The notes under the pieces are model-generated. The model searched no databases. It was given only the letters and a program-made list of their open reading frames with translations, and was not told the DNA's origin. A DNA stretch of 57,184 nt, filler included, from Squatina squatina (lineage: Eukaryota), in the NCBI GenBank assembly GCA_031763465.1. It is 3 parts of 3 records of this genome, joined end to end, with 100 filler letters (N's around TTAATTAATTAA, not from the genome) between each part and the next. Parts side by side here need not be neighbours in the genome. Positions count along the whole stretch, not along the records: positions 25,850 to 45,095 come from JARFOE010000176.1; positions 45,196 to 57,184 come from JARFOE010000120.1; 1 more part is not named here. One strand, given 5' to 3'. This document shows, piece by piece, positions 34,784-48,400 of this stretch. Within the stretch, counting starts at the first letter, position 1, and each line of letters starts with the position of its first letter. The position numbers were made by a program, and so were the translations under genes.

Positions 34784-35411
34784 CAGGAACATTTGGCTTC
34801 TTTTCCACTTCTTTAGCATTCTGCATGGTTTTCCCAGGCAAAGTGCTGTCATCACCATTTCTCTGTACAGAAGACTTGTTTGGCTGTGCTGTACACTCCA
34901 TTTTGATCTCTTCCTTTGGTTTCACGGTTAAACAATCCTTTTCATTCACAGCCTTTATACCACTGCCAGTGTGAGAGTTTGCAAATTTCCCAAGAGCTTG
35001 CTGCTGTGTCTTAACTTGCTTGTGTTTCATATTTTCAACTGACGCCATTCCACCTGATGCTCGGCTTCCTTGGCTGTGACCTTGATCATATATATTCCGT
35101 GCTCCTGAATTCCTTGAGCTAGCCATACAGTTTGGCATGTCTTGTTTGCTACTCCTGCCCGATTTCGCATCTGCAGTTTTTTCAATGTTCTTTCTTTCTA
35201 TTAGTTCTTCATTCCATTTTGACTTTTTGTTGTTCCAATTTGAAACAGTTTTGCCACTGTCTCGAGAAATGCCCTCAATTACATTTTTGGAAGGTTTTTG
35301 TTCAATGTCATTCTGCACAGTAACTTTCATGTCCTTACCTTCTCCGTGGACAAGGCGGGGCGATTTCCCAGGTTTGTGCATTTCATCCTTAATGTTTTTA
35401 GCTTCTTCCAT
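34784..35411 (-). CDS. TUT4: TUT4 first coding exon (disordered N-terminus); the exon with its 5' UTR part extends to 35546
   Basis: Acceptor tttttaacag at 35547, Kozak acaATGG, MEEAKNIKDEMHKP (human MEESKTLKSENHEP), 628-bp open frame ending CCT G|gtaagg, phase 1 compatible with the next exon. Confidence 0.88.
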
Positions 35412-37838
35412 TGTTACAGCACTCAGTATTCTTACTTTTTGCCAAGGGCCAACCTTCTTCCTTTTTAAAATTAAAATCTCTCAGTCACTTAATAACTGAT
35501 TGGTGCAGTTCTATAGCCCAGGGAACAAGCAGTTTTTGCTGAATTCCTGTTAAAAACATAAAACAAAACCAGTTTAGGATTGTAGTGATTACAGATGCTT
35601 GTATAGATGCACTCTTATGCTAATCAGTCCAGTCAGAAAGTTTTGAATTGCATAAGCAGTAAAAAATGACTGTTCAATAGTCTTTAAAAATCATGTTATG
35701 AATTGGCATTTCATAACACCCAATACAGATACTGGAAGTAGGTCAATCATCTTCAGTCATCTTGAAATCACAAAAAGGCAGCAGTAAAAAAGAATTTACT
35801 TAAAATAAAACAAAGCTGGTTCAGCCCACACCATTCAGTTAATGAGGGGGATGACTGAGTATGGTCTAAAAGGCTTAAGGAGAATCACTAAACTAAGATT
35901 AAAAATAAACCCCATGAGTTCCAAAACCAACAATAAAAATTATATTCAAGAGTAAATTTTAAAATTCTTTAAAGTGCCAGGTTATTATAGTAATTTGGGG
36001 GACATGAAAATACAACTCTTGTAAATGGTGTGTCTACTGTTACAGAATATTTAAGCACCAACATGCAGCACGAAGGAGAGATGGAACATCCATTTGTGCT
36101 CATAATTCCCAAACTCTGACTTCTCAATCTAAGCCATGATACTGTGTGAAGCTTCCTCAGAGAAAGGGGAAAAAAATTAAGGGAAGAGTTGTTTCTGTTC
36201 TTATGCACCAGCTAGCAGTCAAATCATTATGGCTTTGGCAGAGGGTTGGGAGTGGGTCACTTATGCCCATCCTGTGGGCATAGCTGACACATACTCTGGA
36301 GAGTAAAATGGGGAGGGGAGGTACCTAAAAAGAACTATGAATTNNNNNNNNNNNNNNNNNNNNNNNNNNNNNNNNNNNNNNNNNNNNNNNNNNNNNNNNN
36401 NNNNNNNNNNNNNNNNNNNNNNNNNNNNNNNNNNNNNNNNNNNNNNNNNNNNNNNNNNNNNNNNNNNNNNNNNNNNNNNNNNNNNNNNNNNNNNNNNNNN
36501 NNNNNNNNNNNNNNNNNNNNNNNNNNNNNNNNNNNNNNNNNNNNNNNNNNNNNNNNNNNNNNNNNNNNNNNNNNNNNNNNNNNNNNNNNNNNNNNNNNNN
36601 NNNNNNNNNNNNNNNNNNNNNNNNNNNNNNNNNNNNNNNNNNNNNNNNNNNNNNNNNNNNNNNNNNNNNNNNNNNNNNNNNNNNNNNNNNNNNNNNNNNN
36701 NNNNNNNNNNNNNNNNNNNNNNNNNNNNNNNNNNNNNNNNNNNNNNNNNNNNNNNNNNNNNNNNNNNNNNNNNNNNNNNNNNNNNNNNNNNNNNNNNNNN
36801 NNNNNNNNNNNNNNNNNNNNNNNNNNNNNNNNNNNNNNNNNNNNNNNNNNNNNNNNNNNNNNNNNNNNNNNNNNNNNNNNNNNNNNNNNNNNNNNNNNNN
36901 NNNNNNNNNNNNNNNNNNNNNNNNNNNNNNNNNNNNNNNNNNNNNNNNNNNNNNNNNNNNNNNNNNNNNNNNNNNNNNNNNNNNNNNNNNNNNNNNNNNN
37001 NNNNNNNNNNNNNNNNNNNNNNNNNNNNNNNNNNNNNNNNNNNNNNNNNNNNNNNNNNNNNNNNNNNNNNNNNNNNNNNNNNNNNNNNNNNNNNNNNNNN
37101 NNNNNNNNNNNNNNNNNNNNNNNNNNNNNNNNNNNNNNTGTTTAATGTTGGGTTATTCTTCATTTAGGCACAGTTTAAATTAAATTCTGATCCAGCAAGT
37201 CCTACTTCCAGATGAAAGTCTAATGTTACGGTATCCTCAACCACAGATTTAGGAAATTCGACAATGAAATTTCAATCTCTGGCACTGAAGCATTTTTACT
37301 TCTAAATTTTTCCTAATGCCTGATATCTACAAGATCCTACATCAATCTCAATTTGGAGAAACCAAGCTTCAGGTATTGGTACCATCTGTCACTCTAAAAC
37401 AAAAACACAGACTGATAAATAGGGCCAGACTATAATCATTTGTTAGTGCACAGCTACAATTGGTTCAACCTACCCATATGCAAAATCACAGCACTGCTTG
37501 TCTCCCCGACAGCATGCTTTAGATTAAGAACTCACCTTGTAGCCATCAAAGTGCAGCTTGCCATTCCACAATGTGCTGGAGTACTAGTGCAATAAACCTT
37601 TTACTTACATTATTAAAAATTAAATCTCAAACAAATTCTTCACTCAAGCTCTCAGTTAACTGTGTCTTCAGCGATTGCTCAGACACAGTCCAACTTCTCT
37701 AGAACTAAAAGTACTTTTATTTGTCATCAATGATTTAANNNNNNNNNNNNNNNNNNNNNNNNNNNNNNNNNNNNNNNNNNNNNNNNNNNNNNNNNNNNNN
37801 NNNNNNNNNNNNNNNNNNNNNNNNNNNNNNNNNNNNNN

Positions 37839-38439
37839 GTGTGCGTCGGAGACATGGACAATGTACAGTAGGCACCTCAAAGCATTGGAGAAGTATCACC
37901 AATGTTGCCTCTGCAAAGCCCTGCAAATCCACTGGCAGGATAGGCATACCAATATCAGCGTCCTCTCTCAGGCCAACATCCCCAGTATCGAGGCACTGGT
38001 CACACTCACTGGGTGGGTCACATCATCCACATGCCTGATGCAAGCCTCCCAAAACAAGCACTCTGTTCCGAGCTTCGTCATGGCAAGCAATTGCCAGAAG
38101 GCAGAGGAAACACTTCAAGGACGTCCTCAAAGCCTGCCTGAAAAGCTGTGGCATCCCCACTGACTCATGGGAATCTCTCCCAAACTGGAGGAGACGTATC
38201 CGCGAAGGTGCCAATCACTTCGAGCTTCTCCAGCAGGAGCATGTGGCAGTCGAGCACATGCAGCGGAAGGCGCACGCGGAAACCCAAGCATCCAGTCCAC
38301 TCGCCCCATCAAATACCACCTGCCCCACCTGTGGTAGAGGTTACGGATCCAGTATAGGACTATTTAGACACCTCAGAACACACAGTTCTGGAGTGGAAGC
38401 AAGTCATCCTTGACCCCGAGGAACTGCCTAAGAAGAAGA
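37839..38439 (+). mobile_element. RTE-clade LINE 3' end, same family as 3180-3725
   Basis: ASETWTMYSRHLKALEKYHQCCLCK...; C-terminal C2H2-like TTCPTCGRGYGSSIGLFRHLRTH; 3' tail ctgcctaagaagaaga. Confidence 0.85.
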
Positions 38440-38699
38440 TGGCGAGTCTTTTTTCTGGTCTTCATGCATGTCATTGATCCCCAAATAGCATTTTTAATAA
38501 GTCANNNNNNNNNNNNNNNNNNNNNNNNNNNNNNNNNNNNNNNNNNNNNNNNNNNNNNNNNNNNNNNNNNNNNNNNNNNNNNNNNNNNNNNNNNNNNNNN
38601 NNNNTCACTGCCCATCATTTCTGTATGTTCATATTTTTTTATTCATTGCCAGCATTTATCACCATTGAGAAGGTAGTGATGAGCTTGGGCCATTTAAGA

Positions 38700-38890
38700 G
38701 TCAGATTTCCCTAAGTTTTGATGGCAATCATGGTCACTATTACTCACTTTAAATATTCCAGATTTATTTAATTAACTAAATTTACATTCCCCAGCTACCA
38801 TGGTGGGATTTGAGCTCTTGTCCCCAGGTTATTTGTTTAGGCCTCTACGGATTACTTGTCCAGTAACATTACCATTATGCTACCATTCCC
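38700..38890 (-). mobile_element. tRNA-headed SINE 5' fragment (family distinct from SacSINE1)
   Basis: Minus gggaatggtagcataatggtaatgttactggac...gagctcaaatcccaccatggtagctgg with A-box and B-box-like motifs. Confidence 0.5.
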
Positions 38891-39368
38891 TTCTGCTGCG
38901 GTAATGCTGCCTCCAGATGCACTAGTGAAAACCATCTCTTTAGTAGGTTGGTCTTGGTGACTTTGGAGGTAGTAATGTTGTCCCATTTACCTTGATGAGC
39001 TCTGCACAGAGCTCGAGCTTTGCCATTGCTGTAAGGTAAATGCGCTCATTTACACCAGATTTTACGATTATGTGACCTAGAACAGATTTCCTAGATCCCT
39101 TTCAAAGAGGCAATTAAACCAATTCTCAGTGTCATTGTTTCAGAATTATACAGAAGTGGTACCCAAACTTAATATATGATCTGCGAGGTTCCATGATATG
39201 CACCTAAGTGGCCCACAAAGGCAACATTTTTGGACACTTCTGCTGTAATTCTTTGGGGTTTTGTTTACATTTAGGAAATGTGTTGTGTATGTGTCACTGT
39301 TATGTCCTTGCTTTTATTTTTAACCCTAAATTGCAGTCATGTTGTATCCTTCTGTTCTAATTTTGCAG

Positions 39369-39630
39369 GTATCATTAGTTGTTAATGTTGCCAGTGAATG
39401 TGGCTTCACGGAAAACCACTACAAAGACCTGCAGCAGTTACAGCGGGATCTGGGCCCAATGCATTTCAATGTCCTGGGATTCCCCTGTAACCAGTTTGGA
39501 AATCAAGAGCCAGGATCTGACCAAGAGATTGAAAGGTTTGTGCGAAGGACCTACGGAGTTTCCTTCCCCATGTTCAGTAAGACCATGGTCAAAGGCACTG
39601 GTGCGAATGCAGCATTCAAATATTTAACAG
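39369..39630 (+). CDS. GPX7: Glutathione peroxidase 7, exon 2
   Basis: ttttgcag|GTA TCA...ACA G|gtaaga; 262 bp; VSLVVNVASECGFTENHYKDLQQLQRDLGPMHFNVLGFPCNQFGNQEPG...; Cys-type active site and FPCNQF motif; lies next to TUT4. Confidence 0.95.
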
Positions 39631-40389
39631 GTAAGAATGAGATTCATTAGAATTTAGGAGTAATTGAAATGTGAAACAAATTATCGATAGAATCCTCTAT
39701 TATTTAAAAAGTGAAGTGGCGTCTCCATGGGAAGAGGTTATCAGAGTTAACAGATGTATATTTCCAGTAATATTTTCCTCGCTTCCTAATTATCCAGTGT
39801 CTTAGACCAGCCAAGCTTTTTATCAGGATTCCAGTAAATCTCAGTGCATGTTGGTAATGTGTTATTTTGTGGACAGTTTTGAATAGTGCATTCTTTTTAT
39901 TCCTGAAATTGAGTTTTGAACATTTTGGATGTTAGGTCCAGTTTGAAGCAGTGGCGATATTTTCTAGGCTTTCTTTTGCCAATTTTACCCCCCCCCCCCC
40001 CGCCTCCCCACTTCCTCACCTCCCCACCTCCCCACTTCCCCACCAGAGGCATCAAGTGGCTTCTGGTACCTTGCTGAAGTGGTGATTTTTCACTTGAGAG
40101 CTGAGACGGAGTGCATGTAAGGCATCACAACAGAAGTATTATTTTGTGTATAATCATTATAAATCTTATACAGAGAACGCATTTCTATGTCCTATGACTT
40201 TATGTAAGATGGCTGCTCTCTGTCCCACCGCTTAGAAGTCTGGCTAGTTGGATTTTAATTCAGCAATTGGGCACAATACTGGCTCCTCACAGTATTATGT
40301 TTTAACAACGTATCATGCATTTGGTTTAAATTTCTAGTTCTATAATGCACTGAGCATGTGTAAAACATGAACAGAAATGTTAAATTAAA

Positions 40390-40474
40390 AAAAATATTGA
40401 AAATGCACAGCAGGTCTGTCAGCATCTGAAAAGAGAAGTTAATGTTTTGGGTAGAGACCCTTGATCAGAACTGG
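40390..40474 (-). mobile_element. Penelope-like terminal repeat fragment, hammerhead core degenerate
   Basis: Minus ccagttCTGATCAagggtctctacccAAAAcattaact. Confidence 0.55.
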
Positions 40475-41093
40475 AAAGGGGAGGTAGGTGAGCCCTGTTG
40501 TAGGATAGATTAAAACACGGAGGGAGGGGGAACAATTAGTAAATGACGCTGGACAAATGCTGGTACAAAAGGAGGGTTTTTTTCTATTTGTTGGGAAAAG
40601 GTGCTTGGTGATGCATGCAGACCATCTCAATTTGATTTTGAGAAAGCATGTTTTAAACTCCAAAGTAGAAGGTAGAAAAGTGGACTGTAAATANNNNNNN
40701 NNNNNNNNNNNNNNNNNNNNNNNNNNNNNNNNNNNNNNNNNNNNNNNNNNNNNNNNNNNNNNNNNNNNNNNNNNNNNNNNNNNNNNNNNNNNNATTTATC
40801 TTTGCCGGTGGGGGTATTTTGCCATACCCATGTACCAAATTGTTTATGCTTTAGTTACACTTACCATTAGAAGAAACCCTGTAAGGTAAAGAGTCCATAA
40901 CAGCACAGTTTATACATGATTGTTGGAGGAAGCAGGCTTGATAGGTCAAATATCCTCTTCTCATTTCACATTTTCCTGTGTTCCTCTATGTATAGGAATG
41001 TATCTAAACGCAGAAGAGTCTCAGGTGGTACTTATCGCTAATAGCTTCAGCTAAATTAATTATTTTCTCTTTATTAGAGTGTTTTAACTTTGA

Positions 41094-41384
<291 letters not shown>

Positions 41385-44300
41385 TAGGTTCTTCACAAAC
41401 CCTTAGAAATAATAGCCATAGGCTCCCATTGGATAAACTGTGAATCCAGTGGAATTGCATANNNNNNNNNNNNNNNNNNNNNNNNNNNNNNNNNNNNNNN
41501 NNNNNNNNNNNNNNNNNNNNNNNNNNNNNNNNNNNNNNNNNNNNNNNNNNNNNNNNNNNNNACAGAGAAAGTTCTTTTCATGTGAATGCATTTGTTTGCA
41601 GAACAAATTAGGATCATATGTAGTTCCATTGAACACCTTTGGCAGGACATCGTGCTTTGTTTTGTGAATGATCCATTGAGTCAAAAGAATTTTGCAGTCA
41701 ATTGACAAATAAATTTGTCTCTGATACCTATTAGATGGACATCGCTGACACTTCAGCCTGTCGTTCCTGGAACTGCAGATGTTCTGTCTTTAAATATATG
41801 CATGATTGGCAGCTTTACTTAATTTTGAAAGATATACTTTGATTTCCTTTGCTTCTGGTTGAATTTCAGTGGGTACCAGGGTTCAGGGAGCATGATCCCA
41901 CTGCATCAATTCTTCTGTAGCTATAAAGAGAAAGCTGGGAGTATTAATAAAAATATTAGCAATGGGTCGCATCTGTGTTAATTGTTTGAGGAGTAGCTAT
42001 GTTCTGTAAATGACTGTAATCTGCTCTATTGTATATTCTGATGCTTACCTATTATTAATAAACCCGCTCCTTAGTTTTTAGTTTAAGCCACGGTCTGATG
42101 GAACATTTATTCCACCACCTTTTGAGGTTCAGGCGATCACGAAAGGGCTCATAACAGATCCACTGAGCTAAATACAGTGACAAGTGTTCCTGTTCAATCT
42201 CTGAGATCACTACATTTTCAGATATTGGGCATAAAATAGGTTTATAGGAAGTGAGGGCTGATTTATGGGCATGGCCATTAATGTTGAACACATGAGAAAT
42301 ATCTGAATAAAAGCATAAAAATATAACTGTGAGATCTGAATATCACAATCAGACCAACAATAGGCTATTGAAACTTTTACATTAAAAGGATATTTAGCCG
42401 TATTAAACAGCAGTGTTTAGAATGATTACAAGATGTTTATATATGATCTAAAGTTAGCCAGATTAGTAGCAGAGGAAAAGATCAACTGGAGGGGCAATAG
42501 AAACAATGCAAGTTTGAGGTTGATGAAAATCTGCACTGGTGCAAACTGAAGGCGAGCAAAAAGGTAGAGAAAATTAGAAACTGTCAGCACATGGAGGCTT
42601 TACACAATCATAATGAAGAAGGAAAAGCAGCCACAGCATGAGTTTGCAATGGCTGGACAATTTGCAACAAACACAATCCAAATGAGTGATGGTCCTGTTA
42701 TTTGAACTCATGATCTGGTACATGATAGAATCTAATCTGATTCTAAAATGTAATGATATAAATGAACTTTTACAAGCATTTGAATTTGAAAGGCGGTGCG
42801 GNNNNNNNNNNNNNNNNNNNNNNNNNNNNNNNNNNNNNNNNNNNNNNNNNNNNNNNNNNNNNNNNNNNNNNNNNNNNNNNNNNNNNNNNNNNNNNNNNNN
42901 NATTGCTCAGGAGATTAAATACATTGGCAGAGGTCATGAAATGGTAAATTGTACATGGTCTGTAAAGGAAAAGGAACAATTGGTAAGATAGTATTTTCTT
43001 GGCCTATATTTTCTTCTAATCATGGACATTCCTATTTGCTTTGGCCTAAATGTATTTATTTGATGCACAAAGAAGCACTTCTTGATTTATCATATAGGTC
43101 ATTGAATTTTGGGCACATGAGTATGCTCAATGAAAATGGCAATTGCATCTTTTGAGAACAGTTCATTTGGAAAAGCGTGTTTTGAATATTTTGCAGAATG
43201 GGAGTGCTGTATGAGAGGCTGAATCTGTGCTGTTAGGCACTGCCTTGATATTGATGGAAACATCAACATGTTCAATTGTGGAGACATGGTCTACAAATAC
43301 AAAATACTGTCTACAGCAAATATATAATTGTTGATAAATACACAGTACTTCCTATCACAAGTACAAAGTAGCATCAACAAATACATTGTGTTGTCTGCAA
43401 ATCAACTGACAATGCCTACGACAACTACATAGTGGAGTCACCAAAGGGAGATAGTTTCACCACTGATCCTCTTTAGAAAATAGCAAAAAGCTACTTTTGT
43501 TCCCACTGCTGGAAATATCCTTTCATTGTATCATGCAACAAAAAGCAGTTTTTTTTGCAGACCACTTAATTGTGGTAGATATTCATATGAAGTGCATACG
43601 ACCTTTTAGTTCATGTTTTTAGTTTAAAAACACAGAAGTTTGTGTGCAGCAAGAGCAAAGTAACAGGATGAAAAGCTTTCTGGGTGCTTAAGGCTATTTA
43701 TAATAGTCAATGACAGTTACATATTGATTAAACTCACTTTCTATCCAGTTGATAAATGCAAACCAATGTAAAGAACTGTCAAAAGCACTTTTACTCTCAA
43801 TGTTGAAATTTGTAGTAGATGGATGTCTCCTGCAATCTTATAGACTCAGAAAAGGTAATGAGACAATGTAATTTTTGTACGGATATGAGAGTCTAGAGTT
43901 TGACCTTCAAGGATTCTTTGTATTATGTTCTAATTTTAAATTTTGCAATTGATGTGCCCTCTTGTAATTAGTTTTATAAAATAATTTGCTCACTATTAAC
44001 TTTAATCATTGTGTGACATAATAAAATTGAATAGACTGTCACTCAGCAAACACGTGGTTAATTTTGTGAATGGCCTGCTGACCTCCTGTAACTGCAACAT
44101 TACATGCAATGAGGTGGTCATTTAGTATGAAAGCAAAATACTGCGGATGCTGGGATCTGAAATAAAAACAGAGAATGCTGNNNNNNNNNNNNNNNNNNNN
44201 NNNNNNNNNNNNNNNNNNNNNNNNNNNNNNNNNNNNNNNNNNNNNNNNNNNNNNNNNNNNNNNNNNNNNNNNNNNNNNNNAGTGGCTGCAGCATGGTTGA

Positions 44301-45095
44301 TGGAAGGCTGCTGACTTTCAGTGGGGGACCTGCAGATGACCTTGCAGGACAAGCTTGAGGAGCTGGTGGCTGGGAATGTGAAATCGAGTGATGGCGTTTT
44401 TCTTTGCTTGGTTTCTTTTTTTTCTTCTTCTTTTTCTTCTTCTTCTTCTTCTCCTTCTTGCTGGGCAGGCTGGATTTCTTGACTGTCTGAAATGAGGAAT
44501 GATATTTGATGTGGCCGAAACATTAACAGAGGAGAATAATGGAGGGAAAAATAAGGTACGTTTTAAAAAGTATTTTATCCAAAGAAGTAACTTTTAAATC
44601 CTTGTTTTAGTGCAAAACATGATAGGATAAGCTCCAGTGGAACCATGGTAAAATTGCTCTGCTTTCTTCTTTATATGAGAGCATCAATAGACCAAGAAGC
44701 TATCTGAACACCAGTCAGATTTATCAGCGAAAAGAAAAAATCATCTGTAGGAAGAGTGGGCACCATCTAGGGAAGGAACTCTTCAAAATGGGCTTTCTGG
44801 GTAACCAAAGCAACCACAGGCTGAGAAACCAATCATACTGCATTAAGGTAGGGCTAATACTACTCCAGTTTCTTTCTGTTCAATAGGTTAAATCAGAACT
44901 GAATTATGCAAAACTCCAGCCTCCCTTTGGCACAGAGAACTCGCCAAGTTACACATAGCATATTCCATGAAAAATAGGTTTGATAAGGCTACAGTACTGA
45001 AAACTTTCTAATGGCTGTATAGATTTAAACATTTACGGAGATGGAACAACTATAAGCAGTTACTGGAAGTGCATTATAAACAGAAAATACGTGGC

Positions 45096-45195
45096 NNNNN
45101 NNNNNNNNNNNNNNNNNNNNNNNNNNNNNNNNNNNNNNNTTAATTAATTAANNNNNNNNNNNNNNNNNNNNNNNNNNNNNNNNNNNNNNNNNNNN
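45096..45195. other. Artificial scaffold-joining linker (N44-TTAATTAATTAA-N44)
   Basis: 12-mer at 45140-45151, same structure as 25750-25849. Confidence 0.95.
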
Positions 45196-45478
45196 CTGCC
45201 CTCTCAGGTGGATGTAAAATATCCCATGGCCCTATTTTGAAGAGCAGGGGAGATATCCCTGGTGTCCTGGACAATATTTATCCCTCAATCAACACCCAGA
45301 AACAGATTATCTGGTCATTATCACATTGCTGTTTGTGGGAGGTTGCTGTGCGCATGTTGGCTGCCGCATTTCCTACATTACAACAGTGACTACACTTTAA
45401 AAGTACTTCATTGGCTGTAAAGCACCTTGAGACATCTGATTGTCGTAAACGTGCTATATAAATGCATCTCTTTTTTTC
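45196..45478 (+). mobile_element. SacSINE1/Deu-domain SINE, 3' part
   Basis: ctcaggtggatgtaaaatatcccatggc...acagattatctggtcattatcacattgctgtttgtggga...gctatataaatgca. Confidence 0.85.
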
Positions 45479-48400
45479 TATTCAGTTTAGTCAATGCAAA
45501 TGTTTACATTCTGTGAAACCAGAAATATAGGTAGTACAATTGTTTTCAGCTATTTAGATTACTTTCTTCAAGGTTCATTTGCAACAAAGAGATGTACTGA
45601 TGTATGCTTGCCGCTTGAAAATAAAGTGCTATTTCAGGTACAAGAGAATTTATGTTTGCTTATTTTGTTTGCATTCCCTTCCATTTTATTTTCTCTTTTT
45701 TTTTTAGTCTGTTTACTTCAGTCAGACAATTCTCCCCACTGATGGGGCCTGAGCTTGTCTTTGTGGCACTATCAGGCTTAGGCCTAGTTTGCTGTAAGTC
45801 AATTGAGCTTCAGATACCCAAAGTTTCAGGTACGATGGAGGCCAATCCAATCGTCCAATCACCACCTGGCACTCAAGTCCCTAGCTTCTAGGAACCACGG
45901 TTGCATTTAACCAATAGTGAAAAGAACAAGGTTGACCAGCCCAACGACAACTGATGCAAACTCCATCACTAGGGTACCAGGGACTCGATACTCCACTAAG
46001 CTGCCAAGAAAACTGAAACCATACTGAAAGACTGCAAAGGAAAACTTGCCATTAACTTCAATAAAACTGACCCTTGTTGTTAAACTCGTGTTAGCTTGGA
46101 TGCAAATTTCATTTCAGATTTCAACTCCAGTATGTACCTCAAATCCTGTTAATTGATCCTGACTTTTCTTTTGCTCTGGCCCCACAAACTGATCTGACAA
46201 TTCGGAATGGGCTGCGAATATTGGCAGAAACTGGGATTTGAACCTGGAGCCTCAGATCCTGCAACACCAGGCTTCACCTCTACTCAGCGGAAATTTCGAA
46301 ACATTTAAAGGGGCCGTGTCATGTTGATCACTAAACATTAAAACCAGGTGGATAATTCAGCTTTATTCGCATCTCTGATAATTGTTGTTTAGCTACATAA
46401 ACACACCTTAATACTCATCTCAATACAATCTCTTCTTTGATGCAGGAGTATAGATTGAAAACAGGAAGTTAACTGCTGGTAGCAACGGTTACTAAAGAAA
46501 CAGGCAATAAGCAAAAGACAGTCATGTGATTTTTGTAAACTTGACCACACGAGGATTTTGGACAGGAAAGAGACCAGCTCCTCCAAACAGTGACAATGTG
46601 CTTGGTTTTTTCCAAAATTAAGATAAAACAATAAAAGAATGATGTCCCAGAAAATAATCCCTTTCTTAGCATCTGGGCTGAAACTTCAAATGGCTCAGCC
46701 TCCCAGTATTCTTCTATGACTCATTGAAATCAGGCTAACCACAAGCTGGTGCACAGCCAAAAGTGTAAGTGCTTTCTGTGCAGTGCCTTTGAAGTGAATG
46801 GGGGTGTGCATGCTTGTGGTGATAGCAAAGAATGATACTGAAAGAAAGTCTTTTTATCCCAGTAAGTTAAAGATTGATGGTTTTGTTATTTTTGTTTATA
46901 ATTTCTAAAGCAATAGGCTCTGGCTCTTGTTAAAAGCTACATTTAAATTACTAATGATTTTGTATGGGTCACTGAAGCCAAATGTGAGTTTCAGTGCATG
47001 CCTGCTCATAACTATGGCAGGCGCAAACAAACAATGTGTTTAAAATACAATAGAGTGAGGAAGGTGTTGGTAACAGGGTGGTGAAGCCCACTTGAACCAA
47101 AATCACTTTCAACGCCATTATTATTAAGATGCCTTTGTGTGGACAGCACCAATGTCATGGCATGAGCAGTCAATTATTTCAAGGGGATGAAGGAACACCC
47201 CAGTGCATCACCAATCACATTTTGCTTTCAAGCACTGTGGTCCTGTAAATTCCAGCCTCCTGTTTATGACATTGCATTAGATGGTTCCTTCACAATTTGG
47301 GGGGTAGGGCTGAGGGCGGGAAGAAGCAATGCATTCCAGGCCTGAGCTTTTCTCAGTCTGGGTTCATCAGCCGCTAGTCATATATGTGAAGGCTACTTTA
47401 ACATTCCCCACAGTGACTCCACTGCATCTCAATTCAGTTAACATTGAGCTAGGTGAACAGCATTTACACTACAGAATATATAGACTATAAAAACTAATCG
47501 TGACATGAAACCACGCAGCAGTACATCACCATAGTTGTGAACCATGCTGGCAGACCTAATCAGCACAGATCAAAGGCAATGCTAGTTGCAGGAGGGTCAT
47601 GTTTACTCTTTGCCAATATTGGATTGATGTTAATACGAAATTAACTAGGTGAGAGATTTTTGTTGCATGTTTTTGCCCTTAGTTGAATTCATACCAAACT
47701 GACTGTTACAGTGTAACAGTATAACATTGATCTGACCTAGACTGAGAGAAGCCAAGTTGTTGTTCAAGATTCCTAAAGTTTAGTATATCAACATTTTAAC
47801 TGCGGTAATTAACAGTCCCTTTCTCACACACAGGCACGCCTTTGACGCTATAACATTTCGCAATGCTTCATACAGATTCCTGCAGCTCTGGAATGGCCGG
47901 CAGGATTCCATCAGCAACTTGTAATTCACTTGTTAAATAATCCGGTTTTTCATGTGATTAGACTTCCCTTTGCATGCTCGCAATATTGTTATTCGGCCAG
48001 AAATCTGAAAACATAAATGTGTGGGGAGTAAAGTGTGGAAAACATGAAAGCTCCCCCTGAAGAAGGTGGGTGTGTTGCTTTTCAGTGACGTCCCACCAGC
48101 AAGGTATGATGTGCAGCTTATAATTGCATACCTGTTACTTATGCACTAAGCACCTTAAAACAAACATTTTCTTTTCACTGGTTTACTACACTTGCCCAGC
48201 TCAATCTAATTTCATGCATTTCATTTCAAACCAATCCGTGATCTGTGTATGTGCAAGCTGCTGGTAAACATATTGTCGTAATACAAGCAACAACTACCCA
48301 AAGCAAAACTGGGTCAGAGCTAAAAATCTAAAGAAATTCAAACAGAGAGAAACCTTTTTAATCCATTACAGATTAATAAAACACTCAAAAGGACACTTGT

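Noticed and set aside
27282-37167. Long ORFs made mostly of X (27282-28168, 30352-31004, 36261-37167)
   Set aside because: Artefacts of N runs; only the parts overlapping TUT4 exons are real.
39369-39630. Possible selenoprotein (Sec-GPx) and SECIS
   Set aside because: The active-site codon is TGT (Cys), as is normal for GPX7; no in-frame TGA.
41869-41895. Possible SHISAL2A last exon (VGTRVQGA*)
   Set aside because: Too short, unrecognisable and separated from exon 2 by a gap.
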